Assembly (NCBI GenBank): GCA_025201805.1
Contig: MU619393.1
Location: 3,221-67,220 of the forward strand
Direction of reading: 5' to 3'
Source: Parasitella parasitica NRRL 2501
Taxonomy: Eukaryota; Fungi; Mucoromycota
DNA: 64,000 nt
Shown here: piece after piece, positions 1 through 11,400 of the stretch
Numbering within the stretch: position 1 is the first letter of the stretch
How the letters are laid out: each line of letters opens with the position of its first letter
Notes under the pieces: model-generated
Told to the model about the DNA's origin: nothing
Database searches by the model: none
Seen by the model: only the letters and a program-made list of their open reading frames with translations
Position numbers and translations under genes: made by a program

Positions 1-431
1 CATCATGAGACTGTAATAAGAACAATATAGGATCCAAAGTGTCACGACTAACTTGACAAACATCTTTCTCGGTAATTTCTGCAAATGCAAGTGCTGCTGA
101 CCTTTGCAAGTCTACGTTATCTGAATATGCAAGAGTTGAAAGTGCTTGTAATGGTTCTCCTTCAAAAAAGTTGGTATCACTACGATCTAAGAAAATCGGG
201 TCTCAGTAATTCATACAAAGATGTTAACTTCTGTAAGAGCCATACTTTCAAGATATTGCAATAGCTCTGCAATAGCTTCACGCTCATTTTCTTGCAATAA
301 AGGTTCGTAAAGTCCCGTCCTACTATGCTCTATTAACTGTAAATAATTTCACTCATTCAAAAATAAAATAAAACCTAATATTCCTTACTTCCAAAGCAGT
401 TTGAGCAACAACTACTACATGAATTACCCAT
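1..431 (-). CDS. VAC8: Vacuolar armadillo-repeat protein Vac8, 5' part; the gene runs off the left edge of the window
   Basis: Spliced translation [14 protein letters not shown]|..[28 protein letters not shown]|..[36 protein letters not shown]. The N-terminal Gly/Cys acylation motif and [15 protein letters not shown] are Vac8 hallmarks. ATG at 431-429. Confidence 0.93.
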
Positions 432-1224
432 TTAATCAACTTATTTATGATAATCAGACAAAGAATAAGAGAATAGATTGAAAAGGATAGCAAACAACAA
501 GAAAAAAAAAGAAAAAAAAGTGAGGAATCGACATGACTGAGATTGATAATATTTTCTTCCTTCGTTCGTTTGCTTCCACTATAAATGTGCCTTGTCACTA
601 GCTTAGATATTGAAATTTAACAATGAACGACCTTGATATTACTGAAGAAAGAATTGTATTTTGAGAATGTTTTGACACTTTTCAAAATGCCAATCAAATG
701 AGTAGGATTATTTCGCCATCTTGGAATATATGTAGACATAGTATAAGTTTTGTAGGCCCTAAATCGGTTTAAATGTTGTTTATTGAACTGGTATTACACA
801 GTTTGCTGCTTGGACCAGCAGAGTGGCTCTGATAGACTATTTCCAAAGTATCTGTTGTGCAGTTGATTTAAGGTCATCAGATTTGAAGTGCCCAGCTGTC
901 AAACACTACTCGTTGCTATGGTTACATTTGTTCCAAGTTTTCCTTTCAGTACGCATTATAGCATGCATTGATTTTTCTGCGATATTCAATTTATAGTCAA
1001 GTGTTGTTAACTTCTATTTGCATTTTATACCGTATATTCGAAATGTTCCAAATCGTTGTATGGGCAATTACAACATTACCAAGCTAGCATGTACACCCGA
1101 TATGTTTAAGGAATACTCATTTTCGGGTATGCTAAAGTAATTTTATTTGCACAAAAAGAATTACTAGAAAAAAGGAGAGGAGAAAATTGTTTGATTAAAT
1201 GGATTGGTTTGATAGGACATAGAT

Positions 1225-2031
1225 TTATTCTTCCTTTGATGCTGATGCTGTTGTTGTCTTTATAGTTTTTGCCGCAGCCTTTGATTCCCCAGATGACTTT
1301 TTACTTTTTTTTTCTTTGACTGGATCGAATCCGTACAGAGGAATGAAACTGTCAACAATGCCAACATCTTCAAACAAATTAGGGAAAATCCAAAATCCAC
1401 GAGGTAGGACAGGATATGTCACGACATAGAGAACGAGACGAACAAGTGCAATTGCAAAAAAGAGACCAATCAAGCAAAGAACACCAATACTAAGATACCA
1501 GACACCCAATCTCAGGAAAGTAGGCCAAAGGGGAAAGAGAACGCCTGCTAATACAACAGCCACCAAAGCGGCAGCACCCATATACACCTTTACTTTTGAG
1601 CCTTCCCAAATCCACATGTAATAACCATCCTCTTTCACTTCTTGAGTTGGGTTTGGTTGCAAAATACGAGGAGATCCCTTCCCACCAATAGATTGACCAC
1701 GGTCAACACGTAGAATGAACCCAAATTTACCCAAATCATTCAATACATTGAAAGCTTCTTCACGGTTTGTGGGTGTTTTATCACCTTTGGTTACCTTGGC
1801 ATAATTTTCGTGTAAAATAGCATCAATGCCTCTTTTACCCTTGAAATATTCGAATCTTTTGCCATTGAATACACCTTGTCTTGCTTTTAAACCAGAAGCT
1901 TTTTCATCTTTGAGGTAATTGGCAGTATTTTTGTAAATTGCGGGAGCTTTGTTGGCATCGTTGACCTGGATGGTTTGCTGTTGACCGTTAGACGGCCCAT
2001 GATTGCAATCAGGTCCATGTTGATGGCTCAT
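1225..2031 (-). CDS. SEC62: ER translocation protein Sec62, intronless
   Basis: ORF 1225..2148 with likely start at MSHQHG (2031). Contains RFEYFKGKR, two TM helices (VLFPLWP..GVWYLS) and GFWIFPNLFEDVGIVDSFIPLY, all typical of Sec62. Confidence 0.93.
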   Translation of the reverse strand: MSHQHGPDCNHGPSNGQQQTIQVNDANKAPAIYKNTANYLKDEKASGLKARQGVFNGKRFEYFKGKRGIDAILHENYAKVTKGDKTPTNREEAFNVLNDLGKFGFILRVDRGQSIGGKGSPRILQPNPTQEVKEDGYYMWIWEGSKVKVYMGAAALVAVVLAGVLFPLWPTFLRLGVWYLSIGVLCLIGLFFAIALVRLVLYVVTYPVLPRGFWIFPNLFEDVGIVDSFIPLYGFDPVKEKKSKKSSGESKAAAKTIKTTTASASKEE

Positions 2032-2152
2032 TTTGTATATGTTTATGTAAGTATGTTTAAAGAAAAAAAAAGAAAAGCTGATGGAGGCGTTTATTCTCCC
2101 CTTTTGATATGATTTATTATGATATTTAACCCAATCAAAAGTGGACAAACAC

Positions 2153-3304
2153 CTAGCTTTTTTTTAATTTACTTGAAGAAGCTGGAGGCACTATTGGTCT
2201 AAACGCAAACTTGGTTCTGTATGTAAAGATTAGTCAATACAGCTTCAGAATGAATACAAACTCTACTTACTTGCAAGTCGAGCAAACAGGAGACCATCTG
2301 CAAAAAACTATGGTAATGAATAGTCAGCAGTCCATTTCCTGAATATGCCCCATCTACACAACTTACTTGATAGACAAACAGAACATACAAATCCAATGTC
2401 GACAATCTTTTTATGACAAAAACAAGCGGCTCGAAAATCGACTTGATCTTGAGTGGGAAGGTTAAGGTAGTTACGAGAATATCGATCGGGTAAAAATGCC
2501 ATCATCAAATATTCCAGCAGTGCTTGACGATTCTCCATCTTGATATAAATCCCTCCTGTGATGTTGGATGCCTGCTGTAGAAATGCAGTTTCATCCCCAA
2601 ATATCTTACAAACATCTAAAGGAATGCTCGCCTTTTGCGCCGAAAAAATACAGTTCATCAATGGGATATATTGATATGCGGAATCGGGAGATACTGATAA
2701 AACTAAAATTCTCGGTTTAACATGGCCCTCATCATCTAATTTCGTCACTCGATTGATATAACATAGTGCCATAGATAGAGCGCCTGTGATTGTAGGCGAA
2801 GCTCCCATATCTTTCTTTAAAAAACTCGCATCCGTGCTCGACAGTAGCTTTTTTAGATTCGATACGATTTGATCTGTCACTATTTGAAAATGTGGGTACA
2901 TATTAGCGTTTCTTTTGTTGCCATTATTGTTTGAGGTCGATTCTTCGTTGTCGGCGAGTGGGTATAGGATTTTACTGCGTACATTATGGAAACATTATGT
3001 GTATCAGATCATTCAGTCCATGTCTTATAGGTAATACGACAAACCTTTGCCCAATATGACTTGCTATGACCACAACTTTATTGTTATATTTCAATGCTAA
3101 ATGTGCGTTGATGAAAACAAGCACCTGGCTAAGCGCATTTTCAAGGCTGAGAGGCACTGCTGCCTTCGAAGAGTCTTCCCAGGCAGATGGATTTGTGTCG
3201 ATTATTATTACCAGCAAATTTGAATCATCTGTAATTTTCAATTTAGCATCTAAATCAGCTATAAACAGCGGGTGTTTACCTTCGCTCAATGACACGTCTT
3301 TCAT
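2153..3304 (-). CDS. TFB4: TFIIH subunit Tfb4/p34, multi-exon
   Basis: vWA-like LLVIIIDTNP..W, QYIPLMNCIFSAQK, FLQQAS, and the C-terminal zinc finger DFRAACFCH..GFVCSVCLS..C..C. The last exon KFAFRPIVPPASSSKLKKS* ends at TAG 2155-2153. Confidence 0.92.
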
Positions 3305-4252
3305 TTGTGAAATACGTAAAATAGAAAGAAACAAAGTCAAAACGAGTTCAAAAATACAGCCATTTCTAAAACAGACTAAGTGACACATTGTTTGTTTTTG
3401 TACGCATTCAGATATTCGCACGTCCATAAGCTCATGGTAGACATTTAAGTTCTGTAAAACGATTCAAGGTTTAGCACCCTTCAAAGTTAGTTTGCAGGCC
3501 CAGGGCTTGAAATGTTATCAAGTTGAGAGTTGCATCTAATATAAACGTTCAGACAAAGTTTGCGTGTCACTCACAAAATGCCCTCAACTGTGACACTATA
3601 AAAGATATGTTATCATCGAGTAACATGGAATTAAGCTCATGATGTTGCATTAATATTCATCATATACCTTGATGAGCTGAAAATTAGCACTTGGATCAAG
3701 CAGTTGTGGGATGTGCGTCTTGCGAAACAAAGGGGTATATAAACTGATTGAGAGTATCAATGCAGTTTGCTGAAAACAATGTTTCTGACGGCGAAAATCG
3801 AAGCTCATTTACATTTAATTAGCACCTAAAGAGAGGGGCGATGAAGGATAGTGAGCATAGTTTAGATCGGATGTATATCAACGTGTTTCTCAAGCAGAAT
3901 AAGGCTCAAGCAGGACTCTCAGAGAACTGTACAAAAGACAAACCCAAAATCCCACCTCATGTGGCAAATTCGTACTGTAACTCGTCAAAAAGACTTTAAT
4001 TAAAAAGTTTCCAATGTATATATTACCATAGTCATAGTAAAATTTGATATACACCATTTCAAAGTGTACTCAATACTTGTCATTACTCTGATAATGAGAA
4101 TTGGAACAGAACCATCTTTAAACTATTGGCAACACAAGGTCAACATTTCGATGTTCCGCTATTCTGGCACCGCGGTTGTTTTTTTTAAACAAAAATGATG
4201 GCTTTCAGATTTCACATTCTTCTTAAACCTTCCATAGCATTACTCGTCGAAT

Positions 4253-5219
4253 ATGGATGACCCAAACGCAGATACCGAGTGGTAATAAAAATGTAACATG
4301 CAAGATTATTAAAGCAAACAACGCTGAATTTATTGAAAACAGGAATGATATCTTACGCGCCAAGGGTATCTTACCACCCAAGGACGAAGAAAAGGACAAT
4401 CAATTTGAAGATGCTTTCGTCGACATGGTCAAAGCCAGACAAGCAAAATTGGATAGCCTCGACAGCATTACCGATCTTGACAAATTTGACGAGTTGGAAG
4501 ATGTAGAAGATGATCGGATTTTGGATGAATACAGGTACAATCCAGGAATTGAGATTTTCACAATACATTGTTGTTGACTTTCTTTAGAATAGACGTCGAC
4601 GCATGATGGAAATGCAAGCAGAGGCCGCAAAGGAAAAGTTTGGCGAGGTCAAGGAGATTTCGAAACCTGATTTTATTAAAGAAGTAACAGAAGCAAGCAA
4701 GGAATGCCATGTGGTTGTTCATTTGTACCAGGACTAGTAAGTTTTGCGAGGCTCGTTGAGCTTGGGGTTGACGGAGACTGATGGGTGTTGTGCGTGATAG
4801 TATTCCTGCTTGTAAACTGATGAACCGCTGCTTGAATGAATTGGCTCTTCAATTTAAAGCCACAAAGTTTGTTCGCATTGTAGCCGATATGTGTATACCA
4901 AACTATCCTGAACAAAATGTACCTACTTTGTTAATTTACGGTGAAGGCGACATCAAGGCTAATCTAGTTGGTGCTATCCAGTTTGGTGGAATGAAAATGA
5001 CAACCAAGAGTAAGTGGGATATCAGGGTGGCCAGATTAAGAGATTAAAATGACTCTGAATGAAATAGGTCTTCGTGCTATACTTGCTCAATATAATGCTG
5101 TTCCTGCCGAGAAAAATGCTCATGAAGACGAGCCAAAAAAGACGATTTATCAATCAACAGCTACTGCTGCGCTTAGCGATGACGATGAGAGCGACACTGA
5201 CGATAGAGGATATTATTAA
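4253..5219 (+). CDS. PLP2: Phosducin-like protein (PhLP2/Plp2, thioredoxin fold, CCT co-factor), multi-exon
   Basis: MDDPNADTEW|NDILRAKGILPPK, KFGEVKEISKPDF..EVTEAS..VVVHLY, CIPNYPEQNVPTLLIY, and an acidic tail SDDDESDTDDRGYY*. Confidence 0.9.
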
Positions 5220-5451
5220 AATAAACGTTTTTACGATCAAAAGTGTGTATGCGGAAACCTCTTTTCTAAAGGAAGGAGGAGGAATTCCCTATTTTTCCAT
5301 CATTTAATACGTGTTCATCCCTTGCCTCTCCTTCATGGATCTGTCAATGCTTCAATCCATTTCATGTGACTCGTATCAAACTCTTTGATGATGGTGTCTA
5401 ACACGCATATCACATTCAAACCAATTTTTCACTCGTTAGAACACTAGAATA

Positions 5452-8400
5452 ATGAGTTCAAAGAGAAACCACTCTTCTAACAATAGTGGTGGATACAATA
5501 GACACAATTCTAGAGGTTCAAACAGAGACAAAAATCAACGACAAGCGCAAAAATCCTATGGTATTTCTATGAAACATACTTGATAATAATCCTTTAACGA
5601 TAAAAACCCCATCCACCAGAATCAACGACATCAAATGAAACTCGAGCAGTTCAACTATTAAGACATATATTCAATGATGACGATGATACCCTATTTTCAC
5701 GTCGAATTACCAACGCGAATCAGCTGCTTCATATGCTTGAAGAGTCAAGAAGCAGTATTTCCGACTCTCTTGAATTTCGACAGGAACAAAAGCAATTACT
5801 TGACATTTGCATCTATGATGAAGGTCTCAGACGTATCGTAGAGTTCACTAAGGCGCCACCTGTGTTAAAAAGCACCATGATGAAAATAGTGTCAGGATTG
5901 GCTTGTTATACTAGACTGGATCTTGCCTTAAGCTGGATTTTTGATAGGATATCAGTTTGGGAGACATCTATCAACCAAGTCAGCAAGGATCGAGAGTGGA
6001 AAAAATGGCTTTTAAAGCTGTTGACACAGGCAAGAAATTGGACGCAAGAAAACGCTGTTTGCTCTAGTAACGCATGAAAATAGATATTGGCAGATTCGGC
6101 TACAGATCAATTTACCTACAAGCAAACATTGGAAATGTCGCCCATGATTGTAGCAGGCATCATCTCATTTTTAGACGCCATGGATTCCGAAGAATTCCTT
6201 CCTCTGATGATAGACCTGCTCGTATATTTTTCAGAAAATTACCAAACCACATTTGCACAGAGATTTAATGTAAAATGGCAATACGATTGACTTGATCTGT
6301 AGAGAAAGATTGACGTTATACTATAGGACATTATTGATTTGCTAGTAGGCTGGAATATGGACCCTAATCTATCAGAATCAAAGAGAGCAATTCTCATCTC
6401 TTCATACTCCAAATTCAGCTTGTTTTGGTCTGGTTACTTGCCATTTGCTGTAGAGCTGCTAAACCATTTTTTGACCGACATGCAAACGCTGGTTGCGGGG
6501 TTGAGAAACGCTACGAATGATGAAGTACAGACCAAGAAATGGGAATCCTGCACTAATCTTTTAAGGTAAACTTATAGTGGAATATTGTGTAGAATATGTA
6601 TTAATCTTCCACTGTCAATTATAGCTGTTTTGATGCAATTCTAAATACCATTTTACCATTGATGGCTTCTTTATCAGAGAACTACCATGATAGCCACAGG
6701 GCGGAGGCGTCTTTCGGTAAATTGGTTCCTGGTATACTTTCCATAGCAACAGAGGCACAGCAAGCAGGTCCAAATGAGCAATGGAATCAATTGGTCAGGA
6801 GAACACTGCTCTCATTGATCTCGCTTAAACCAGCAAACCAGCGCGCTTACCAATACAAACTATACCTTTTCCTTTTTGCAAAACATCACCACCAGGAATT
6901 TACATCAAGTGAGGATTGTCAGACATATGTTGACTTGCTTTTGCGTGTAAGTCTTTGTTAGCATAAACCAAAAATACTGGCTAATTTTGGTTGATAGTTT
7001 ATCAATTATTGGGGTCAAAATATCGATCAGCAGATAGTATATCAGTTACTGAACACGCAAATCTCACCATTACATCGAATAAGATCGCAAAATGTAGATA
7101 ATGAGAGATTAAAAAGTGGGATACAGCTTCTCGTGCGATTTTTGATCAGAGTTCCTATATCCGAGAGTACTCGCAATCAGATCAATCACCAATTCATTGA
7201 AAGGCTGAATGGTTTTCAAAATCAACTCAAACAACAAGATAACGCAACCGTCAAAGAAAAGGATGTGCTTCAGCGTACTGTATCCGTGATTCAACAGAAT
7301 GATGGTTCCATTGCATTTTCTTTGCCCAGTACCGGTAATTCTAAATCGAGAATCGACAATGTGCAGATTCAAGATACCCTATTTTACAACTATATTTTGC
7401 TCGACATTGCGGCTGTGTGGCCAATGCTGCGCTTCGAAAACTCGTTGATCTCACTTGAAATGCTGTGTGCTGCTTGGCATAACAAGTACAATGATGTTTT
7501 TGATTCGTGTCTTCAATTGTTACAGAATTACTGGGCAAGGTAACCATTCGATATGTATTTAAACATTTTTATATACACTGAACTGTTGTATACTAGCTTG
7601 CACTACATGCTAGAGGATGAGTATGCAGTGGAAATGATTACGTGTTTGGTAGCCGATCTACTAGATAATTGGAAACAGCTGACATTACAAACACGCCAAT
7701 CCCTATGCAGCTTTGTAAAAGCTATCTTGTTGGAGTTGTATGTCACTGAAAACTTACATTTGGATACACATACACTGTTCAAGCCGGTGATGTCTGGATT
7801 TCTCAATGCTGCCGGTAAAAGATGGATGGTTGCATACTCTGCTCGTCTTATTGATGCGGGCTATTTAGGTATTGAAAGAAACAACGACACAAAGCAGCTC
7901 CTTTTAAGGCTTGTAACATATTACTGCCAAGTGTTCGGGTCTGCCGAGATTATCGATTTGATCCTTGAGCAAATGCAAAAAAGCATCAACAATCCTCACA
8001 ACAAGGTTCAAAGAGCAAGCGAAGATTTATTGACATCATTAAACCCTTTCATGATATCTGAAATCAATAAATTCGATGACTACACAACTGCATTCATTCA
8101 GGTATGAACATTTCAAACGGTGCCATGATAATTTTACTAAAACCATTACAGAGCATCGTCATGGCAACCCCACATACAGGTTCATTTAGACCTGTTCATT
8201 ATGAAATTGTAATGAAACACTTGGGAATGTCGAAATATTTACTGGGCAACCATAGTCAGCCTAGCAATATGGATAACGAAAATTCATCCGAATGGGCCAG
8301 ACGATTACTGCATCATTGTGACACTATCAACAATATGAAAAATGTGAATATATTTACTGAATTAAAAGAGGATATGGATCTTGGAAACATAGTAGATTTA

Positions 8401-11400
8401 ATCAACAACAGTGAGACGCTTCTCTGCTTCTGGGCAATGTGGGAGTCAGCTCGATACTGTATGCTGTCTCGATTGCGTACGCCATTTGGTGGACCGCAGC
8501 AGACGTTTACTGCGTTTGAGCGAACGCTTCAAGCCTTGGTGTGCGATGCAGAATCAAAGGATTGGTAAGCGTACTACATAAATTTTACATACAGGGGATG
8601 CCAATCTAAACTTTGCCGTATAGTGCTGGTGGTAACAATGTAGACTTTTTGCGGCACTTGCTGCTTCTATTGGATCGTTTGGAGCTTCAAATATCCAACG
8701 CCACAGACGGGTGTGCCACTGGATCACTTCCAGCTGTTCCTCGATCTAGCTTGATATTCTTTAGAACAAACAAAAAGACATGTCATGATTACTTTTTAAG
8801 AATTAGACCATCCATTATCGCAGGCGCTAAGCTGGTTCGAAATGATAATCTGTTGATTACACACGCGACTCAGGTACGCAGATCTCCTTCTTTCCAGTCA
8901 TTGAGGAAATTTAACATTAGATGGATACTAGATTTTAACCGAATTGGAATCCAATATTCCATCCACAGATTTTGCGTGTTGGTTCAAAGAATTAAATGGC
9001 TACCTGTGTGATTTAGGTACAAGTACCTTTCTTTCTTGCCAGATAACGATTGACTAACATTTTGATTTAGTGGAAGCATGTATTCGTGAAAAGTACATGG
9101 ACCTAATTTATGGAGTGCAAGCCTGGTACAAGAAACTGATCCGAAGAGTCCAGAATGTTTCTAATGACTTTAAAGATGACTGGGCATTTAAAGGGTTGAT
9201 TGGGCCTTTTGAAAGCTCTGAAAAATCAACTGCCACTTCAAATAATGTTACATGGTTTCAAGTAGCAGCTCAATTTGCATCTGTAAGACGTAGCAAGCCG
9301 AAAAAAGGAAACGAACTACATTGGATTGACTTTGTACTGTATATAGGGTCGTGATGAAGATGCTATAAAAGCATTGACTAGTCTTAAATCCTTTGTAAAT
9401 CAAGATGGATTTGGCATCTTGGATATGCTTGATCGCCAAGTAGTCTACTTTTATACTTGTCTGGAAGACTACGAGTCTCTGCAAAAAGTACTTGATAACG
9501 GCTCTACCGTGATAGATGATTTCGTATGTGAAAGCTTACGAGCATTCAATGCGGGTAACCAGGCATCCCTTGAAGAACAGAACAAGGCTATGAGGGATAT
9601 CGAAACATTTGTAGCAACTGCTCCGTTAGAATCCTGCCTCGAATTATCCCGTTTAGACACATTTAGACACTGGATGATTTCTTCTGTTTCTACAACAACA
9701 ACACCAGATAATTCGCCAAACACTGGTATCACGACTCGATTGGCTGGAAGAATACTTCAAGTGCTTAAAGATGGTATTTTCAGTAACAAATCCAGTTTAC
9801 TAGAGCTCCAGTTACTTCAATCTGATTGGGAGAATCTGATTGCCAGTGCCAAAGATTGGTTATACTTGACCTCGGGAAATGCATCCAAACTTCATCATCT
9901 ACCGTCTGAAACAAAGCATTGGGCAAGACTATCCACTCATTTTGAAAGGCTATATACACAAAATGACGCATTAGAGAACGCTGAAGTCAGTCAATGTTTA
10001 GGTTTGATACAATTGCACGCTGCCAAGGTTGCCCGTCGTCAAGGTAACATTCAACTAGCAGAAACTCTCATCAACAAGGCTGTCCACATCCCTGATACAG
10101 AGTATTTGGCATTGTATGAACGGACAAAGATATTGTTCGCTCGCTGCGAATATGCCCATGCTATGAAAACCGCCAATAATGTGCTAGTCCATGTTATGTC
10201 TGCACCTGGATACGAAGAACTAAAGAGCATGACCTATCTTAAAGTAGCTCGTTACTTGAAAAGTTGTCCAGATAACCAGGTGGAGGAGCTGTTGCATCAA
10301 TTAGACACTACCCTTATCAAGACAGAGGCTACTGATTTGCAGTCATCTGTCGAAGTATCGATCGATGATGCCCTTGAAAAATCAATTGAAAACAATACCA
10401 CAGATGGAAGGCCATGGTTTGAATATGCCACACATTATTATAAACAAGGCTGGCGTATCTTGGATGATATTACGAAAACTGATATATCTATGCCAGCTGT
10501 TGCTTGGGCCAACAACAAGATTCAAAAGGTGCTGATTCAAGCAGAAGATATGCCGATTGATGCTAAACAAGTTGATAAGGTAAGAAAATTAAGTTACTTG
10601 TCTAACAAGCTTCTAATTTGGCTGGAGTTAGATTTTCTCCGTGCTACTAAAGTATTCGTCTGCGGTTGGAGATAAGGAACTATCAGATTTTGATGCGCTC
10701 AATACTGATCTGAAGCAATTAACACCATTTTTGGAATCAGACAGTCAAGCAATCATCCTTGATACTTTGAATGTATTGCAGCAAATGATCATTGGCAAGT
10801 TTTATGCCTCGGCCCAGGCATATTTCCGCTATCTATCATTAGACATCCATAGTCAGTATCATGTAAGTCATGCGACTATTGCTAAGAGTTAAGTGTGCTA
10901 ACTCTTTTTCTTTTGAAAAAAAAAAAAAAAAACTAGGCGGATAGCAGTGCAAATATTAGCTCCACGTCTACAGTCATCACTGCAACGCTACGGCTGCTGA
11001 GGATCCTAACAAAATATGGTAAAGCGCTACAACCGCTGTTTACAGAACACATTGAAAACGTGCGTGTCGATCTCTGGAAACCAGTGATTCCTCAACTATT
11101 TGCACAGTTGAACCATCCGAACGAATTTGTTCGTCAAATCATTGGAAAACTGATTAGTCGCATTTGCGATGAATATCCTAGAGAAATAGTGTACGATGTT
11201 ATTGTTAATTCGACATCTTCCAAGACCAATCGAGAAACAAAACAGAGTCTGGACGCCATTGCAAACCGTATGATGGATAGAAACGAATTGCTATGGTTAT
11301 CTACAAGACGAATGGTGGAAGAACTGGAGAAAATTACAGTTTTGCTGGAAGAAAGATGGCTAAACAAGATTGCTTCGCTGCAGTATGATGTGATGCTGCA

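Noticed and set aside
353-598. 81-aa hydrophobic minus-strand ORF
   Set aside because: It overlaps the VAC8 first exon and T-rich leader in another frame; the hydrophobicity comes from poly-T.
3630-3680. AGCTCAT...ATGAGCT stem with TGATGA/CTGA words, considered as a C/D snoRNA or hammerhead ribozyme
   Set aside because: Box order and spacing do not fit a C/D snoRNA, and the CUGAUGA..GAAA hammerhead core is absent.
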